Source: a virus. From it: 64,000 nt of DNA. The notes under the pieces were generated by a model. It searched no databases. It saw nothing but the letters and a program-made list of their open reading frames with translations, and was not told the origin of the DNA. The stretch covers positions 5,949 to 69,948 of IMG/VR virus record IMGVR_UViG_3300025011_000038; one strand, written 5' to 3'. Of this stretch, positions 28,850 through 41,100 are shown piece after piece; within the stretch, counting starts at the first letter, position 1; each line of letters starts with the position of its first letter. Both the position numbers and the translations under genes were made by a program.

Positions 28850-28850
28850 T

Positions 28851-29924
28851 ATGTTACGGATGCCCCCGCAAGGAACAAGTAACTTCACTGCAGCCGAACG
28901 TGAAAAGCTTGCAAAAATTGACGTTGGCGTAAAATCCAATCTTAACGCTACATCTGCACCTACGGCAAATGACGATAGCGTTAATGGCTATTCTGTTGGT
29001 TCAACATGGATATATAACAATATAACATATTTGTGTACCAACGCCGCACAAGATACAGCCGTTTGGGTTTCCACTGCCGATATATACTATTTTGATACGT
29101 GGTCGTTACTCGTAACCGCTATATCAGAGGCAGGAACAACATATGTAAATAAACACGCTACCGTAGCAAATGCGAACGGCGGCCCGGCTGGTGGCACAAC
29201 ATACACCGCGCCGGATGCACTTATGAACATTGTTGTTGATGGCGGCTCTGCAACGTATAAAATAAACACACAAGGCGCAAATTACTCAGTGACTTGTCAG
29301 GCAAGAACGGTTACAAATCCAGTTATTAAATCCGTTATGCTTACAGCAGCCGCAAAGCCAACAACGGCAGGATATTACATATTTACGGTTACTCCAACGG
29401 ATGGATTGCCTAGCGGGGTATCTTTAAACGATATTTCCTATTATGACGGTTCGGCTTGGTCGTGCTGGCAGAAATACACGCAAGCTGTAACGGCTCTTGT
29501 TGCTAATGATGAAACAGGGCTTATACAGGTAACATGGCGTAAATTTAATGGAACATGGATGAGTACTGCCGATGAGTTTATACCTGATGGAAACGAGTAT
29601 CAGACAGGCAAATTGTATAACGGTAAAGCTGTTTACAGAAGATGTACTGCCGGGACAACTGGTACGATAACGTCAGCTGCTATCAATACAGGCATGACAA
29701 TACCTATGACTGGTACAGTATTAAGAATAGAGGGAACAATCAAAAGAAGTACTGGCACTATATGGCTGATCTCATCACAGGGTGTAGCTCCCGACACATT
29801 CAATTTTGCCGTTCTTTCAGATGGAGAAGTTGTGTATGGGTTAAACCAAAGTAGCGGTGGAGGCTATACTACATCATACAATAACACCGATTATACCGTA
29901 TGGGTTGAATACACCAAATCATAA
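28851..29924 (+). CDS. Tail fibre-like protein
   Basis: APTANDDSVNGYSVGSTW motif and C-terminal EYQTG..YNGKAVYRR...WVEYTK fibre domain; start corrected to ATG 28851. Confidence 0.7.
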   Translation: MLRMPPQGTSNFTAAEREKLAKIDVGVKSNLNATSAPTANDDSVNGYSVGSTWIYNNITYLCTNAAQDTAVWVSTADIYYFDTWSLLVTAISEAGTTYVNKHATVANANGGPAGGTTYTAPDALMNIVVDGGSATYKINTQGANYSVTCQARTVTNPVIKSVMLTAAAKPTTAGYYIFTVTPTDGLPSGVSLNDISYYDGSAWSCWQKYTQAVTALVANDETGLIQVTWRKFNGTWMSTADEFIPDGNEYQTGKLYNGKAVYRRCTAGTTGTITSAAINTGMTIPMTGTVLRIEGTIKRSTGTIWLISSQGVAPDTFNFAVLSDGEVVYGLNQSSGGGYTTSYNNTDYTVWVEYTKS

Positions 29925-30001
29925 CCGCATAGGCGGTTTTTTTATACGTTAGTTCCGAAATAATTAACCGTCCTAGTGGCGGTTTTTCTTATAGGAGGGG
30001 T

Positions 30002-30637
30002 TTGCAAATGTCTTTTATAAATATTGATAATCAAGGAAGAAAAACAAATTCAGATGTTGTTGCCTGGGCTCCGAAGAAAGTAGTTGCTACTGGTGCAGGC
30101 GATATAAAAATAAAAAGCGGTTCTGGAATTGTCGGAAACTTATATGTTGCTACAGAAGGAGTTAGTGTTTCTATTAAAGATGGTACGGAGGAAGTTAGAC
30201 CGGCACTTACTGGAGTAGGTGAGGATGATTATAGTCAATTGCCTATTGTGGTAGGTGATTCTATTACACTTAATTTTAGCGGTGCCGGTACGGCATACAT
30301 TATATATAGGTAGGTGATTTAATTGATTAGAACTGAATTAGGGAAGAATGTTAATGCGCAACTAACTGGTAGTATAGCTATTGGACACGAAACCCTTACA
30401 TTGTCAGAAGCAGGAGGTTTCGCAAGTATCCCAAGCGGAGCAACAAAAGCAGAAATTTCAATAGATGATACAGGTAGTGATATTAGGTATTGGATAGATG
30501 GCACTGATCCAACTACCATGCAAGGTCACTATCGGTATGCTGGAGATCAGTTTATGTTATTACCTCCTAATCCTTTGGCAAATTTTAAGGCAATCCCTGT
30601 AAGTGGTTCTGCTACTTTGCAGATTACTTATTATTAA
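30002..30637 (+). CDS. Two small virion-associated beta-sandwich proteins (30002..30313, 30323..30637)
   Basis: Second has AQLTGS junction and DIRYWIDGTDPT..G motif seen in small phage structural proteins. Confidence 0.6.
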
Positions 30638-30650
30638 GGTGGTGGTATAG

Positions 30651-32030
30651 ATGGATGCAGCAGCTTTTAATCGGGCGAAAAGAAAGATAAACGAAATAAA
30701 CGACAATAATATACTTGGTAAAAAAATTAATTGGGAGTTAGGCAGTATTAACTTAGTTACAAATATAAACTCAAGTAGCAATGCACGAATTAGAGCCATA
30801 AACCAAGTATATTTTTTAGCTGGTGAAAGCATAAATACAAAAAATAGCGAATACTTAGTTGGCGGTATTTTGCTTGACGGTGCCGGAAATTTTATCTCAA
30901 ATTTTAATTTTACAGACGAATATGTGTTTACGCAAGATGCCTATGCAAGATTTACAATAAAGAATGGTACTGCTGACGAGGATTTTACCACTAAGGTTGA
31001 TGCTATATCATATTTTTTAAATTATACACCACCGGAGAATAAGGGTAAGATTTTTAACTGGGAATTAGGTAGCATTACCTTAACTACGAATGTAAACTCA
31101 GTTAGCTCTTTAAGAATCAGAACAACAAGTCCTGTTTATTTTGTAGCGGGTGAAAGTGTAAATACGAAAGATAGTGACTATTTAGTAGCCGGTATTTTGC
31201 TTGACAGTGCCGGAAATTTTGTAGCTAATTTTGGTTATGCTGATAACTACACTTTTACCCAAAACGCCTATGCTAGATTTGTAATAAAAAATGGGACAAT
31301 TGATGAAGATTTTACTTCGCTAGTTAACACGGTATCAAAGAATTTTAAAGTTGTGCAAAAAACAGTGTTTACTCAAAAAGAAAATAAGTGGCGTGGTAAA
31401 TCATGGTATGCTTTTGGGACAAGTATGACAGATACAAATACAAAGGGTAAATATCCACAGGTAGTTGATAGGTTAAGTGGTTTAATAAGAACAAACATGG
31501 CTATAGGTGGTGGTGGTATTTGTCCGACTGCTTCACATGGTGGAAATGTCAAAGCTAATGTACTTGCTTGTCCGTATGATGTAGATTTAACAACATTAGA
31601 AGCAGGATTAAATGACTGGGGCAGTGTAGATTTAGGTACTATTGGTGATACAAGTGACAATACATTTATAGGCAATTTTACACAATGCCTAGAATATTTA
31701 ACAACGAATACGCGTTCTAGAGTTGTTGTAATACTAATGATTGCCACGACATATGAGTTAGATGGAATCACTAGGCGTAGTCCTTTTTATACAAATACTT
31801 TTAGTCATTTGTATTCTGATTACATTGATGCTATGAAAAAAGTTGCCGCAATGTATGGTGTACCTACAATTGATATATTCGGAGAATGTATGGGTGGAGG
31901 ACGTAAAAACCATGATACTATTCTCGATACAATTCATCTTACTGACCTGGGTGGTAAAATTGTAGGCGAATTTGTATGGGATAAACTTAAAAATATAAAT
32001 CCTATGCCACACATGCCAAGTGGAATTTAA
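30651..32030 (+). CDS. SGNH/GDSL hydrolase-domain virion protein with duplicated N-terminal domain
   Basis: FGTSMT, GLND, DTIH catalytic blocks; two ~105-aa WELGSI repeats. Confidence 0.85.
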   Translation: MDAAAFNRAKRKINEINDNNILGKKINWELGSINLVTNINSSSNARIRAINQVYFLAGESINTKNSEYLVGGILLDGAGNFISNFNFTDEYVFTQDAYARFTIKNGTADEDFTTKVDAISYFLNYTPPENKGKIFNWELGSITLTTNVNSVSSLRIRTTSPVYFVAGESVNTKDSDYLVAGILLDSAGNFVANFGYADNYTFTQNAYARFVIKNGTIDEDFTSLVNTVSKNFKVVQKTVFTQKENKWRGKSWYAFGTSMTDTNTKGKYPQVVDRLSGLIRTNMAIGGGGICPTASHGGNVKANVLACPYDVDLTTLEAGLNDWGSVDLGTIGDTSDNTFIGNFTQCLEYLTTNTRSRVVVILMIATTYELDGITRRSPFYTNTFSHLYSDYIDAMKKVAAMYGVPTIDIFGECMGGGRKNHDTILDTIHLTDLGGKIVGEFVWDKLKNINPMPHMPSGI

Positions 32031-32097
32031 CTCACTAATAGTATATGTATCGTTATATAATGCACTTAACTATAAAGTATATTACATTGTTTTTATG

Positions 32098-32301
32098 CTA
32101 CTTTAAATGATTTAAGGTAGCTTTCATAATATTTAACTTTGCATATTCTGTATGTAAATACATTGCATGATGCAAAACATCTAGTATTTCAAAATTTTCA
32201 GTTGAATTTCTAATACTTTCAAGTAATTGTTTTTCAAGATTACGTATAGATTTTTCTGTTAGGTCTACTTTAGAATTTATCCAATTTGCAGTATTATTCA
32301 T
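32098..32301 (-). CDS. Moron-like AT-rich hypothetical protein
   Basis: Antisense to structural operon, AGGAGG RBS. Confidence 0.7.
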   Translation of the reverse strand: MNNTANWINSKVDLTEKSIRNLEKQLLESIRNSTENFEILDVLHHAMYLHTEYAKLNIMKATLNHLK

Positions 32302-32463
32302 ATAAATACCTCCTAATAATATAAGCTATGCTCTTTCTTATTTGATACAACAAAAGTTTGAAAAATCCTTCTAGGTAAACAGGAAAATTTTACTCAACTA
32401 ACAAAGTTGCGTTAGTTGAGTAACCAGGGGAGGGCAAAACCTCCCATTTTACATATAAAGTAG

Positions 32464-33078
32464 GTGATAAAAATATCTCTAACCCTAAGAAAAATTGTAG
32501 ACATGGCAGATAAGCGAGTGCCAAATACCGAAACAGATGCGGAAAAAGTTGAGTTTCTAGATCAACTACAAAAACAACTCTACCGCAAAATAGAAATACC
32601 TGAGAAGATCGAGAAAATTTCAACTACAGCAGAAATTTCACTTTATACCCTACCTAGCTATATTGTGCCAAACCGCATAAAAAGTATTTCATTGACTAAG
32701 TTGGATGGAACCGAGTCAACTAACTATGAATTTCGTGAGGATGGTCAAGAGGTAGTCTATAACTGCTATTACATTATTAATGGCATCAACTCCAATACGC
32801 TAGGAATTTACCCGACTCCAACAGAAGCAGGTTATATGTTAATAAACTTTATGGATAGTCCTAATACCTTGGACAGTGGAGATATGAACACTGTACCAAG
32901 GTTTTTTGATGATTACCAGATGGTTTTCGTATATAAACTTGCTTCCGAGTTGGCGAAGTTGCAAAGAGACATTGACTTAGCCAACAACTATGAAGCAGAG
33001 TATAGCGCATTACTCAAAGATGCAATTAAGGAAATAAATTACGAACCTTCATCAATGCAAGTAAAAACAATATGGTAG
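32464..33078 (+). CDS. Head-tail adaptor (tail tubular protein A-like)
   Basis: YTLPS, LGIYPTP, VPRFFDDYQMVFVY pattern; position in operon. Confidence 0.75.
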   Translation: MIKISLTLRKIVDMADKRVPNTETDAEKVEFLDQLQKQLYRKIEIPEKIEKISTTAEISLYTLPSYIVPNRIKSISLTKLDGTESTNYEFREDGQEVVYNCYYIINGINSNTLGIYPTPTEAGYMLINFMDSPNTLDSGDMNTVPRFFDDYQMVFVYKLASELAKLQRDIDLANNYEAEYSALLKDAIKEINYEPSSMQVKTIW

Positions 33079-33082
33079 GTGT

Positions 33083-34282
33083 TTGAATATGAATGTTTCA
33101 GAGTTAATAGCTCAGGAATTGATATTACTAGAAGCGGCAGCAGATATAGCAAAAACAGCAGCAAAAACCATAATCGCTCCTGTTTATAATATAGGAGGTT
33201 ATGGAGTTGATGGCGATGGTGAAACAAATGATTCCCCATTGATTCAAGAAATAATTGATTCTATGCCGGATGGATCAATTATCTATTTCCCTAATCCTGT
33301 TGTTTCCTATAAACTAGATACAAATATTTCATTTAACAATAAGTCTATTATGGTAATGATGGACCCTGGCGTAGTATTTAGTGGAAGCGGAAATATGCCA
33401 GCAAATATGACAAACTCTGGGCATCCAGTCAGACAAAATTACTATCTTTACAAACCAACAGGAGGTATTGCTGATAAGGGCTATGTGACTCTTACCTCAG
33501 AAGTAGCTCCAGATGAAACTTTTGTCGGAAATGCAGTTGCCGGTTATTTTGGTGCTTTATCTCCTACCTCTGGAAATGGATTTATATGGGGATTAAACCC
33601 TATTGTTGTATTGCAAGCTGGGTTTGGTGGTAACGGGATAGGTGTGGAAGTAGACTTAGATAATTACGATGCTGATTACAAAGGTCAGGGCGTTTTAATT
33701 ACGGGGGTTGGCGATCATAAACCGGAAGTTGGTTGCAAAATAACTAGGGCTGATGCTACTTCCGATTGGAAACAAGGCATTGTTATAAACAGGTCTGAAA
33801 TAGGTATACTTATAGATTTATCCGATGCAATAACTGCGGCATACGGAATTAGCATTAAAGGAATTTCCAATAATCACATAAAACTTCAACCATCAGACGA
33901 TCTAAATCCAGAAAACGCATTAATCTATGGTGTAAATACAGCTGACGATCAAGTTGTTTTCAAAGTAACAAAGCGTGGAGGTATCGTTCTTGGTGGAGGA
34001 ACGGAAGTAATAAAACATATTTCTCTAAACTCACCTGTTTTAAACTTTGGAAGCATTTCTGCTCAATCAACTTCCGAACTTACTGTAACTGTAACTGGTG
34101 CGGAGATTGGTGATTCTGCTTACGCTACACCCTCTGGAGCCCTTACGTCTGGATGCATATATAGCGCATATGTAAGTGCAACTAATACCGTTACGGTAAG
34201 GGTTGCAAATATTACAAGCGGTTCACTTGACCCTGATGGAGGTGGAGGTTTAGTTTGGCGTATTGATATTTGGAAGCACTAG
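33083..34282 (+). CDS. Tail spike (beta-helix, pectate-lyase-like N-terminus)
   Basis: YNIGGYGVDGDGETNDSPLIQ...IYFP motif; C-terminal LNFGSI..TVTVTGA.IGD domain. Confidence 0.75.
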   Translation: MNMNVSELIAQELILLEAAADIAKTAAKTIIAPVYNIGGYGVDGDGETNDSPLIQEIIDSMPDGSIIYFPNPVVSYKLDTNISFNNKSIMVMMDPGVVFSGSGNMPANMTNSGHPVRQNYYLYKPTGGIADKGYVTLTSEVAPDETFVGNAVAGYFGALSPTSGNGFIWGLNPIVVLQAGFGGNGIGVEVDLDNYDADYKGQGVLITGVGDHKPEVGCKITRADATSDWKQGIVINRSEIGILIDLSDAITAAYGISIKGISNNHIKLQPSDDLNPENALIYGVNTADDQVVFKVTKRGGIVLGGGTEVIKHISLNSPVLNFGSISAQSTSELTVTVTGAEIGDSAYATPSGALTSGCIYSAYVSATNTVTVRVANITSGSLDPDGGGGLVWRIDIWKH

Positions 34283-34293
34283 GTGGTGTATAA

Positions 34294-35706
34294 ATGTCTT
34301 ATTGGAAACCAATACGAGGAGTACGTGAACCTATCTCAATAAGAGAATTTAAGGGTGTCAACAAGCTTGACGCTTTTTCTATTTCAGACGGTCAATTTAC
34401 TTCTACAAAAAACATGACCGCATCTAAATATCCAACAGTTACAACTAGACCCGGTACTTTAAAAGTTGGGGCAGACCTTACTGCTGCTATCTTGGGTTTA
34501 GGTGTCTGGAAGGATGAGGAACTGCACGTTATTGACGATAACGGTCTTTGGGTTAAACTTTTATCTAACGGCAATTGGGGCACAACTTTAGAGTCTGGTC
34601 TTAGTGCCGGTGATATGTGGAGTTTTTGCAACTTCAAGGGTAATCTAAGCGAAATAAATTTAATCGGCGCTAACGGTAGTGATCCTATCAAAAGATATGA
34701 CGGTACCAATGTTAGCGATCTATCTAATGCTCCGACAGGTGGAAACTTCATCGAGCAACACGACAACCGCCTGTACTGTGCAGTAAATAATACGGTCCAT
34801 TTTTCCGCATTGAGTAAGGCAGATGATTGGTCAACCGTTGACGATTCTGGGCAAATTGTTGCTGAGACTCAGGACGGAGAAGAAATCAACGGCCTTAAGG
34901 CAGGACCTGGACATTTAATCGTATTTAAACCTCATGCAATTTTTGAACTTTATGGGACAGGTCCAATAAACTACGATCTGACTCCGGTAAGTGAAAAAAT
35001 AGGTTGTGTCTCAAACGCTTCTGCCGTTATGGTCGGAGGCGTTTTGTATTTTCTAAGTCATAGAGGGATTGAGAGATATAGCGGTGGTTTATCGCCCGAT
35101 AATGGATTTTGCCTGCCTATTCAGTGGTATCTTAATAATATCAATGCCACTAACCGACATAAATCTTGTGCCGGTACTGACGGTAAAAATCTTTATATGG
35201 CAATACCACTTTTGACCGCCACTGAACCTTCTCACGTTCTCGAATACGACACGACATTTAATGTGTGGTACGTTTGGGAGATGGGCAACTACCCAAGAAT
35301 ATTTACTAACTTCAAAGAGGATTTTTATTACGGCGATTCTGCCGGACAGGTACATAAGTTTGGTGGCACGCTAGACGGTGAATCGGCTGTATCATGGTAT
35401 GCTATTTCTAAGCCGTTTGGCGCAGGTAGTTTAGCGCAACGCAGGCAGTGGTATAGTATGTGGCTTATTGTTGACCTGCCGGTTGGTAGCACATTGAATG
35501 CTTATCTTTCTGCTGATGCCGAGGGTGACGGTAGCTGGACGCTGGTAAAATCGTTGACCGCACAAAGCAGTATACAGGACACAAGAATTATCATTCCGGT
35601 CAATACTGTAGCTAATGCAAATTGGATACGGTATAAATTAAGCGGTACCGGACCGTGTACCGTACATGAAGTAATAAGGCAGGAAAGAATCCTGCCTTGG
35701 AGGTGA
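34294..35706 (+). CDS. Tail nozzle / DNA-stabilisation beta-propeller (tubular protein B / P22 gp10-like)
   Basis: FKGVN start, HDNRLYCA..VHFS, LIVFK, IGCVS, GGVLYFLS repeats. Confidence 0.8.
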   Translation: MSYWKPIRGVREPISIREFKGVNKLDAFSISDGQFTSTKNMTASKYPTVTTRPGTLKVGADLTAAILGLGVWKDEELHVIDDNGLWVKLLSNGNWGTTLESGLSAGDMWSFCNFKGNLSEINLIGANGSDPIKRYDGTNVSDLSNAPTGGNFIEQHDNRLYCAVNNTVHFSALSKADDWSTVDDSGQIVAETQDGEEINGLKAGPGHLIVFKPHAIFELYGTGPINYDLTPVSEKIGCVSNASAVMVGGVLYFLSHRGIERYSGGLSPDNGFCLPIQWYLNNINATNRHKSCAGTDGKNLYMAIPLLTATEPSHVLEYDTTFNVWYVWEMGNYPRIFTNFKEDFYYGDSAGQVHKFGGTLDGESAVSWYAISKPFGAGSLAQRRQWYSMWLIVDLPVGSTLNAYLSADAEGDGSWTLVKSLTAQSSIQDTRIIIPVNTVANANWIRYKLSGTGPCTVHEVIRQERILPWR

Positions 35707-35710
35707 TAAT

Positions 35711-36646
35711 ATGCCCTTTCCGACACTATCTAATTTTTCCGGTATGCAAGATAAAACGCCGGATGAATTAGCTAGATTAAGGAAGGAATTGCAATGGCTT
35801 TTACAATCTCTTGACCATTTTAATGTTAAAGAACTATATACTGAGTATTGTTCTATTAAGTCTAAAGACGGAGAAACTATCATTGATGGTCCAAAGTTAC
35901 TAATGTCAGACAAACAAGCAACTCCTGTTCTTAGATTAAGACAAGGATATGACGATGTTACCGGAGATTTTCTATTTGAGTTATATGACGCTTTGGGCAA
36001 TAAGACAGTAGGTATTGATAGCAATGGTCAAGCAACATTTACTGGGACTATTACTGGTGGAGTGATTCAAACGGCTGTAGGGGGAAACGACAGGATTGTT
36101 ATTACGAATAATTCTCTTGCAACATACAAGCATGATTTGATTACCGAAACTGACTACAAGAACGGTATAGCATGGGGTTTCGATGAAGGCAGCAATTACG
36201 GTGACGTTGTTTTTTATGATGCAGGGGTTCCGGTTATGCAGTTTTATAATAATCTAGCCGGTGATGGATATTCCATTAAACCATTAAATGCTGCTACTGT
36301 ATTTGCGGAAGGAAGTTGGGATTTTTTTTATGCCGATATAACTGGATTAGTGACTGATACCGTTGGCGATCATAGGCACTCTTACGGAGAAAGTAGTTAC
36401 ACAGGTTATTCTGGTGGTCATAGTCACTCAGTAAATGGAGGTTAATGTATGGATATTGAGATTCAAATAAAAGAGGAATTAAAGCAAAGAAGGTTAACTC
36501 AGTTAAAACAAAGATACTTTTCTTTAGAGTTAGATTTAGTTGCTTTAGAGGCTGTAGGTAATATTAAGGGTAAGGAAATGACCATAGAACGTATGGCTAA
36601 CGTACAAAAGGCTTACGAGGCTGTGGAGGCCATTATTATTGAATAG
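35711..36646 (+). CDS. Tail-associated proteins (35711..36445, 36449..36646)
   Basis: Continuation of the structural operon; GDHRHS...GGHSHS motifs. Confidence 0.6.
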
Positions 36647-36657
36647 GAGGTGTTAAT

Positions 36658-38169
36658 ATGGCCTACAATAGATACGGCGAATTAATTGGCTTACAAAGTC
36701 AACCTGCCGCTACCTCATGGCAAGATAAGTTAAAGTCTTATTCTACCGACAGGGGTTCCGCTATTCAAGAATTAATGAGAGCAAAGAATGTCTACGGTCA
36801 AGAACAGGCGTTGGGCGCAGGGCAGGATAGACTAAATCAAATATCCAGATGGGCAAGTCAGGTAAGGCAGGCAGGCGGTCTTAGCGACAGCCAATATGGT
36901 TCAGGTGTGTCCGGTCAGCAGGCAGAAAGAAATTACGGCAACTATCAGAATCAGCAACAACAAAAGAACTATCAAACGCAAACCCAAAACATGCTTAGTC
37001 AATTGCAGAAGAAAGTCAATACTCCGTTTAGCTATGACCCTGAGAATGATCCGAGATACAAGGCAGCGCAACAATTGGCCGAATCACAGGCAAGAACGGC
37101 AGGAAATCAGGCTATGGAGGCATTAAACGATAGGGGTATTCTGAACTCTACTATTACCTCTGATAGACTTGGACAGATAGGTAAGCAGTATTCCGATAGC
37201 GTACTCCAGATGGTTCCGCAGTTATATCAAAATGCCTATCAGGAATATCAAGGTGGCATAAACAATATGTCTGCAATGCTGAACGCTCTAGCTAATCAAG
37301 AAAATACTCTCTATGGCAGGGTTGCACAGCAGGATCAATCAGATGCTGCAGCTAGTCAGTGGGGCCAGGAATACGATCTCAAGAAGGCATTACAAGATGC
37401 TCAGATACAGAACTATGCCGATGATATGCAATATAAATATGCGGCGTTGGATGCTGAAAACAGGAATAGCCTCAATGACCTTGCTTATCGGTACTCGGCA
37501 TTAAATAGTAAGTCTGATGGTTATGATGATAAAAATGCCCAAGAAGAAGGCTTGCAACTAATGTTAGCGCAATCAGAATTCTACAGCACAGGAAACGACT
37601 ATTTAGCTGATGTTAGGAGAAATAAGTCAGAACTGCTAAAGATGCTTGGGACAGATGGATACACCAAACTTGAAAAATACGCATTAAGTATGTCCGATGA
37701 TACGGAAGGATGGAGCGGAACTAAGTTTAAAAAAGGTAGTTCTAGTCCAATAGGGCAAAGGTTAAAAGAAATAATGGTAAACCCTAATGCCCCCACCTCG
37801 AGCAAAACAGGCATATCTAGCGACATTGTGAGTGTCGTGAATAATGTCGCCTCTAGGTACGATGTTGACCCTGCACTAATTCTAGCAATCGGTCAACATG
37901 AGACGGGGTGGGGTAAATTAGGTGATGGCAGAAAAGGCATGTATACCGGATATGGATCATACGATAGCGGTTCTGATTACGGTTATGCCGGACTTGAAAA
38001 GCAGGTTGAAGGTACGGCAAAGAAAATGAGGGCATGGGGCATGAGTAGGGGTAACGTCAGTCTTGAGAGGTTAAAGACAGGTAATAGCGGTAAACTACCA
38101 ACAGGAATATACGCTACCGACAAGAATTGGCCCAATGCAATATGGAAATATTATCAGAAGTATAGGTAG
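36658..38169 (+). CDS. Internal virion/ejection protein with C-terminal lysozyme-like domain
   Basis: Q/A-rich FSYDPENDP coiled coil; ASRYDVDPALILAIGQHETGWG lysozyme-fold motif. Confidence 0.75.
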   Translation: MAYNRYGELIGLQSQPAATSWQDKLKSYSTDRGSAIQELMRAKNVYGQEQALGAGQDRLNQISRWASQVRQAGGLSDSQYGSGVSGQQAERNYGNYQNQQQQKNYQTQTQNMLSQLQKKVNTPFSYDPENDPRYKAAQQLAESQARTAGNQAMEALNDRGILNSTITSDRLGQIGKQYSDSVLQMVPQLYQNAYQEYQGGINNMSAMLNALANQENTLYGRVAQQDQSDAAASQWGQEYDLKKALQDAQIQNYADDMQYKYAALDAENRNSLNDLAYRYSALNSKSDGYDDKNAQEEGLQLMLAQSEFYSTGNDYLADVRRNKSELLKMLGTDGYTKLEKYALSMSDDTEGWSGTKFKKGSSSPIGQRLKEIMVNPNAPTSSKTGISSDIVSVVNNVASRYDVDPALILAIGQHETGWGKLGDGRKGMYTGYGSYDSGSDYGYAGLEKQVEGTAKKMRAWGMSRGNVSLERLKTGNSGKLPTGIYATDKNWPNAIWKYYQKYR

Positions 38170-38182
38170 GAGGTGAGTACCG

Positions 38183-41100
38183 ATGGCTAAATATGATTTT
38201 TCAAAAGCATGGGAATCTACTCATGCCGCATATGAAATGCCTGACTATGTCGAAGAAGAACCTCAAGAACCAAAACAAATACCCATACCTCCGAAACAGT
38301 CACTATATAAAAGACTTGACAGTAGGATTGGCGGCATACTGCCTGCGGGTGCAGAAGGACCGTCATTTAAGGACGTTTCTTCTGATGCTATCTATTTACC
38401 AAGAAATATAATGGAAAAGGCGACTAATGCTGCATCTCTTGGATTATACGACAAGTTTATGAATTGGTCTGATAGGAAAATTTCAGATTTAAACGATAGT
38501 CCAATTGAATCATCCCTCTACGAAGCAAAATCACCTCTTGGTAAAAGTGCTGGCGTTGTCGGAGAGATGTACGGCATGATGGCCCCGATTGGAGTTGCCT
38601 ATAAGGGTGCCAACTTACTAGCTAGAGGAATTAATCCAACTACTACAGCAGGCAAATTGGGCAAAACAGCATTAACTGGAGGATTAGCAGGGGCAGGATA
38701 CGAGGGCGCATTATCAGCACTAGAAGGCAACGACCCTTCCAAAATAGCTGAGGATGCAGGCAGGGGTGCATTATTCTTCGGTGCAGGTGGACTTGCCGGT
38801 GACGTTATTGGTGCAGGGGTAAATAGGTATCTACCTAATACCCCTAACCTAGCAAAAGATTTTATTCATGGCGCAACTGTTGGTGGTACAGGTTTAACGG
38901 CAACGATACCAACATTATCTGATGGAGAGAAACCTACTCTTGGAGATTTAGGTACTACAGCAGGTAGTTTAGGTGCTTTTAGTGCCATTATGTCCGCGCT
39001 AAGTAGAGGTAAGATAAAACCTGATATGCCAACAAAAGAAGTCATCTCTCCCGAAGTCAAGGCAGACATACCGACAGATATTAACGGCGCCAGGAATATT
39101 CTAAACAGCGCAACCAACTTCGGCAGGGCGACAAGGATATTAGATGCTTACCCTGAGTTGGGCGCAGAGTTTCCGCAATTCAGACTAAAGCAGGGAGATA
39201 AGGTTATCCTACCTAACGGCAAAGAAGCAACCGTCAAGAACGCTGACAGACTGATTATTCAGGCTGAGGTGGACGGTAAAACGGTTAGTGTTGGCCGGAA
39301 GGTTGTTAAGATACCGGAAACTAAGGTTGAAGTGCCGGAACAGGTATTACCGGAGGTTGAAACACCTGAGACTATCCAACAACCTGCCGTAAGAGAGACT
39401 AGAAGCGGTGCTGAGATTTTACCTGATGAAAATATAATGCAGGCAGACTCACAGGCTAAGAGCATGGCCGAGGACATTGGACTTAAACCGGAGAAAGCTG
39501 AAACAGAGACGAAGGTAGATACAACCACACAAGAAACTGTTGACGGTCCAGAGAGGGCAGGTTATTACGATCCTGGTACTATTGGTGCGGCAAGACTTAC
39601 TCCACCGGAAACAATAGATACTATCACATCTAAGACAAATAAGCCAGTATTAACTGAAAGATTAGCACCCTCCAATGTTGGCAATATGATTAAAAAAGCC
39701 TACTACAGGACGGTTGACGGATATAACCGCCTTAATGACTTCGATAAAGCGGCAAACAGAGCAGGTAGAACAATTCCATTCAATAAACGTGCCTATATTC
39801 TGGCGCATAACACGACTAATGCCGAGGCCATGGCAAGAAGAACCCTTGAAGAAAACATGGTTAATGCAAAGGGTGAACCAGTATATGCGCCACTAAAAGA
39901 TATAGTTAAGCAGGTTCCCAAGGGTGAATGGCGAAAGTTTGAGGATTACCTAAAACTTAAGCACTACAAGGCATGGGAAAATTCAGACATGACCGTATAT
40001 GACAGAGAAATCAATATGTCGCCGGAAATGGCTGATTTAAAAATATCAAAGTACGATAATAAGTATTCATGGATGAATCAGGCAGCAAAGGATTATACCG
40101 CATGGATTAATAAATTTGGCGAGGAATGGTTGGTTAAAACTGGACTACTCTCTGAGAATGTATGGAACGCAATGAGGTTAAAATACGGAGATTATATCCC
40201 CCTGCAACGGATGATGGAAGAAGTTGAGATCGGTAAAACGGGAGTAAATGGTTCATTTGCCGACCAACCTAATCCGGTTAAACGTGCCAGAGGTTCGGAA
40301 CGCAAAACCATTGAGTCGCTTGAAACCATGCTTGAGAGAGTGCCTAACTACATTAAAGCGGCCAAGCGCAACGAGGTCATGCAGAAGGTTATTGAGGGTA
40401 TAAGGCAAGACCCCGAAGGTATGAGCATTTGGGGCGAGATAGTTGATTCGAATACCGCCAATCTCACTATGCCGAACATTGTTGCTGGGAGAATAAATGG
40501 AGAACGTGTTCACGTTAGAGTTAATGACTTGCCACTACTGGAGGCAATATCCGGTCTAACTCCGCAAGCACAAAATGTAATTATTAATGCTGCAAGGTCA
40601 TTAACAAGCAAGATGAAACTTTTAACGACCGGCATTAACCCCATATTCTCACTCGGTAGAAACGTAGTTCGTGACCTGCCCATGTCCTATGTGGCATCTA
40701 AAAGCACTAACAACCCTATAGAGTGGTCTAGGGATATTGTAGGTGCTTTAGTAGATATACTAGGAAATAGGGCGGCATATAGGTCATATAAAGATATGGG
40801 CGGTGGCTATGCCTCTGCCGTATCAACAGACGTTAATATATTGGCTGACTCTAAGGCAAAATTAATGCCTGGATATTACGATCTAAGTAATATTAAAAAT
40901 CCCGTTGAGTATACAAGAAGGCTAATGGGCATACCGTTTAAAGCACTTGAGAAAATAGCTGACGTTACCGAGGCAGTACCGAGACTTGGAGAGTATCGGC
41001 GCATTGTTCGCAAGGAAGGTAACAGTTACGCATCGAGAACTAAGGCATTATATGAGAGCAAGGACGTTACAGTAAATTTCCAGAAGAAGAATACCGCTGA

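Noticed and set aside
30720-31350. DGR template/variable repeat pair in the SGNH gene
   Set aside because: Differences are not adenine-specific, both copies are in frame in one gene, and there is no reverse transcriptase; ordinary domain duplication
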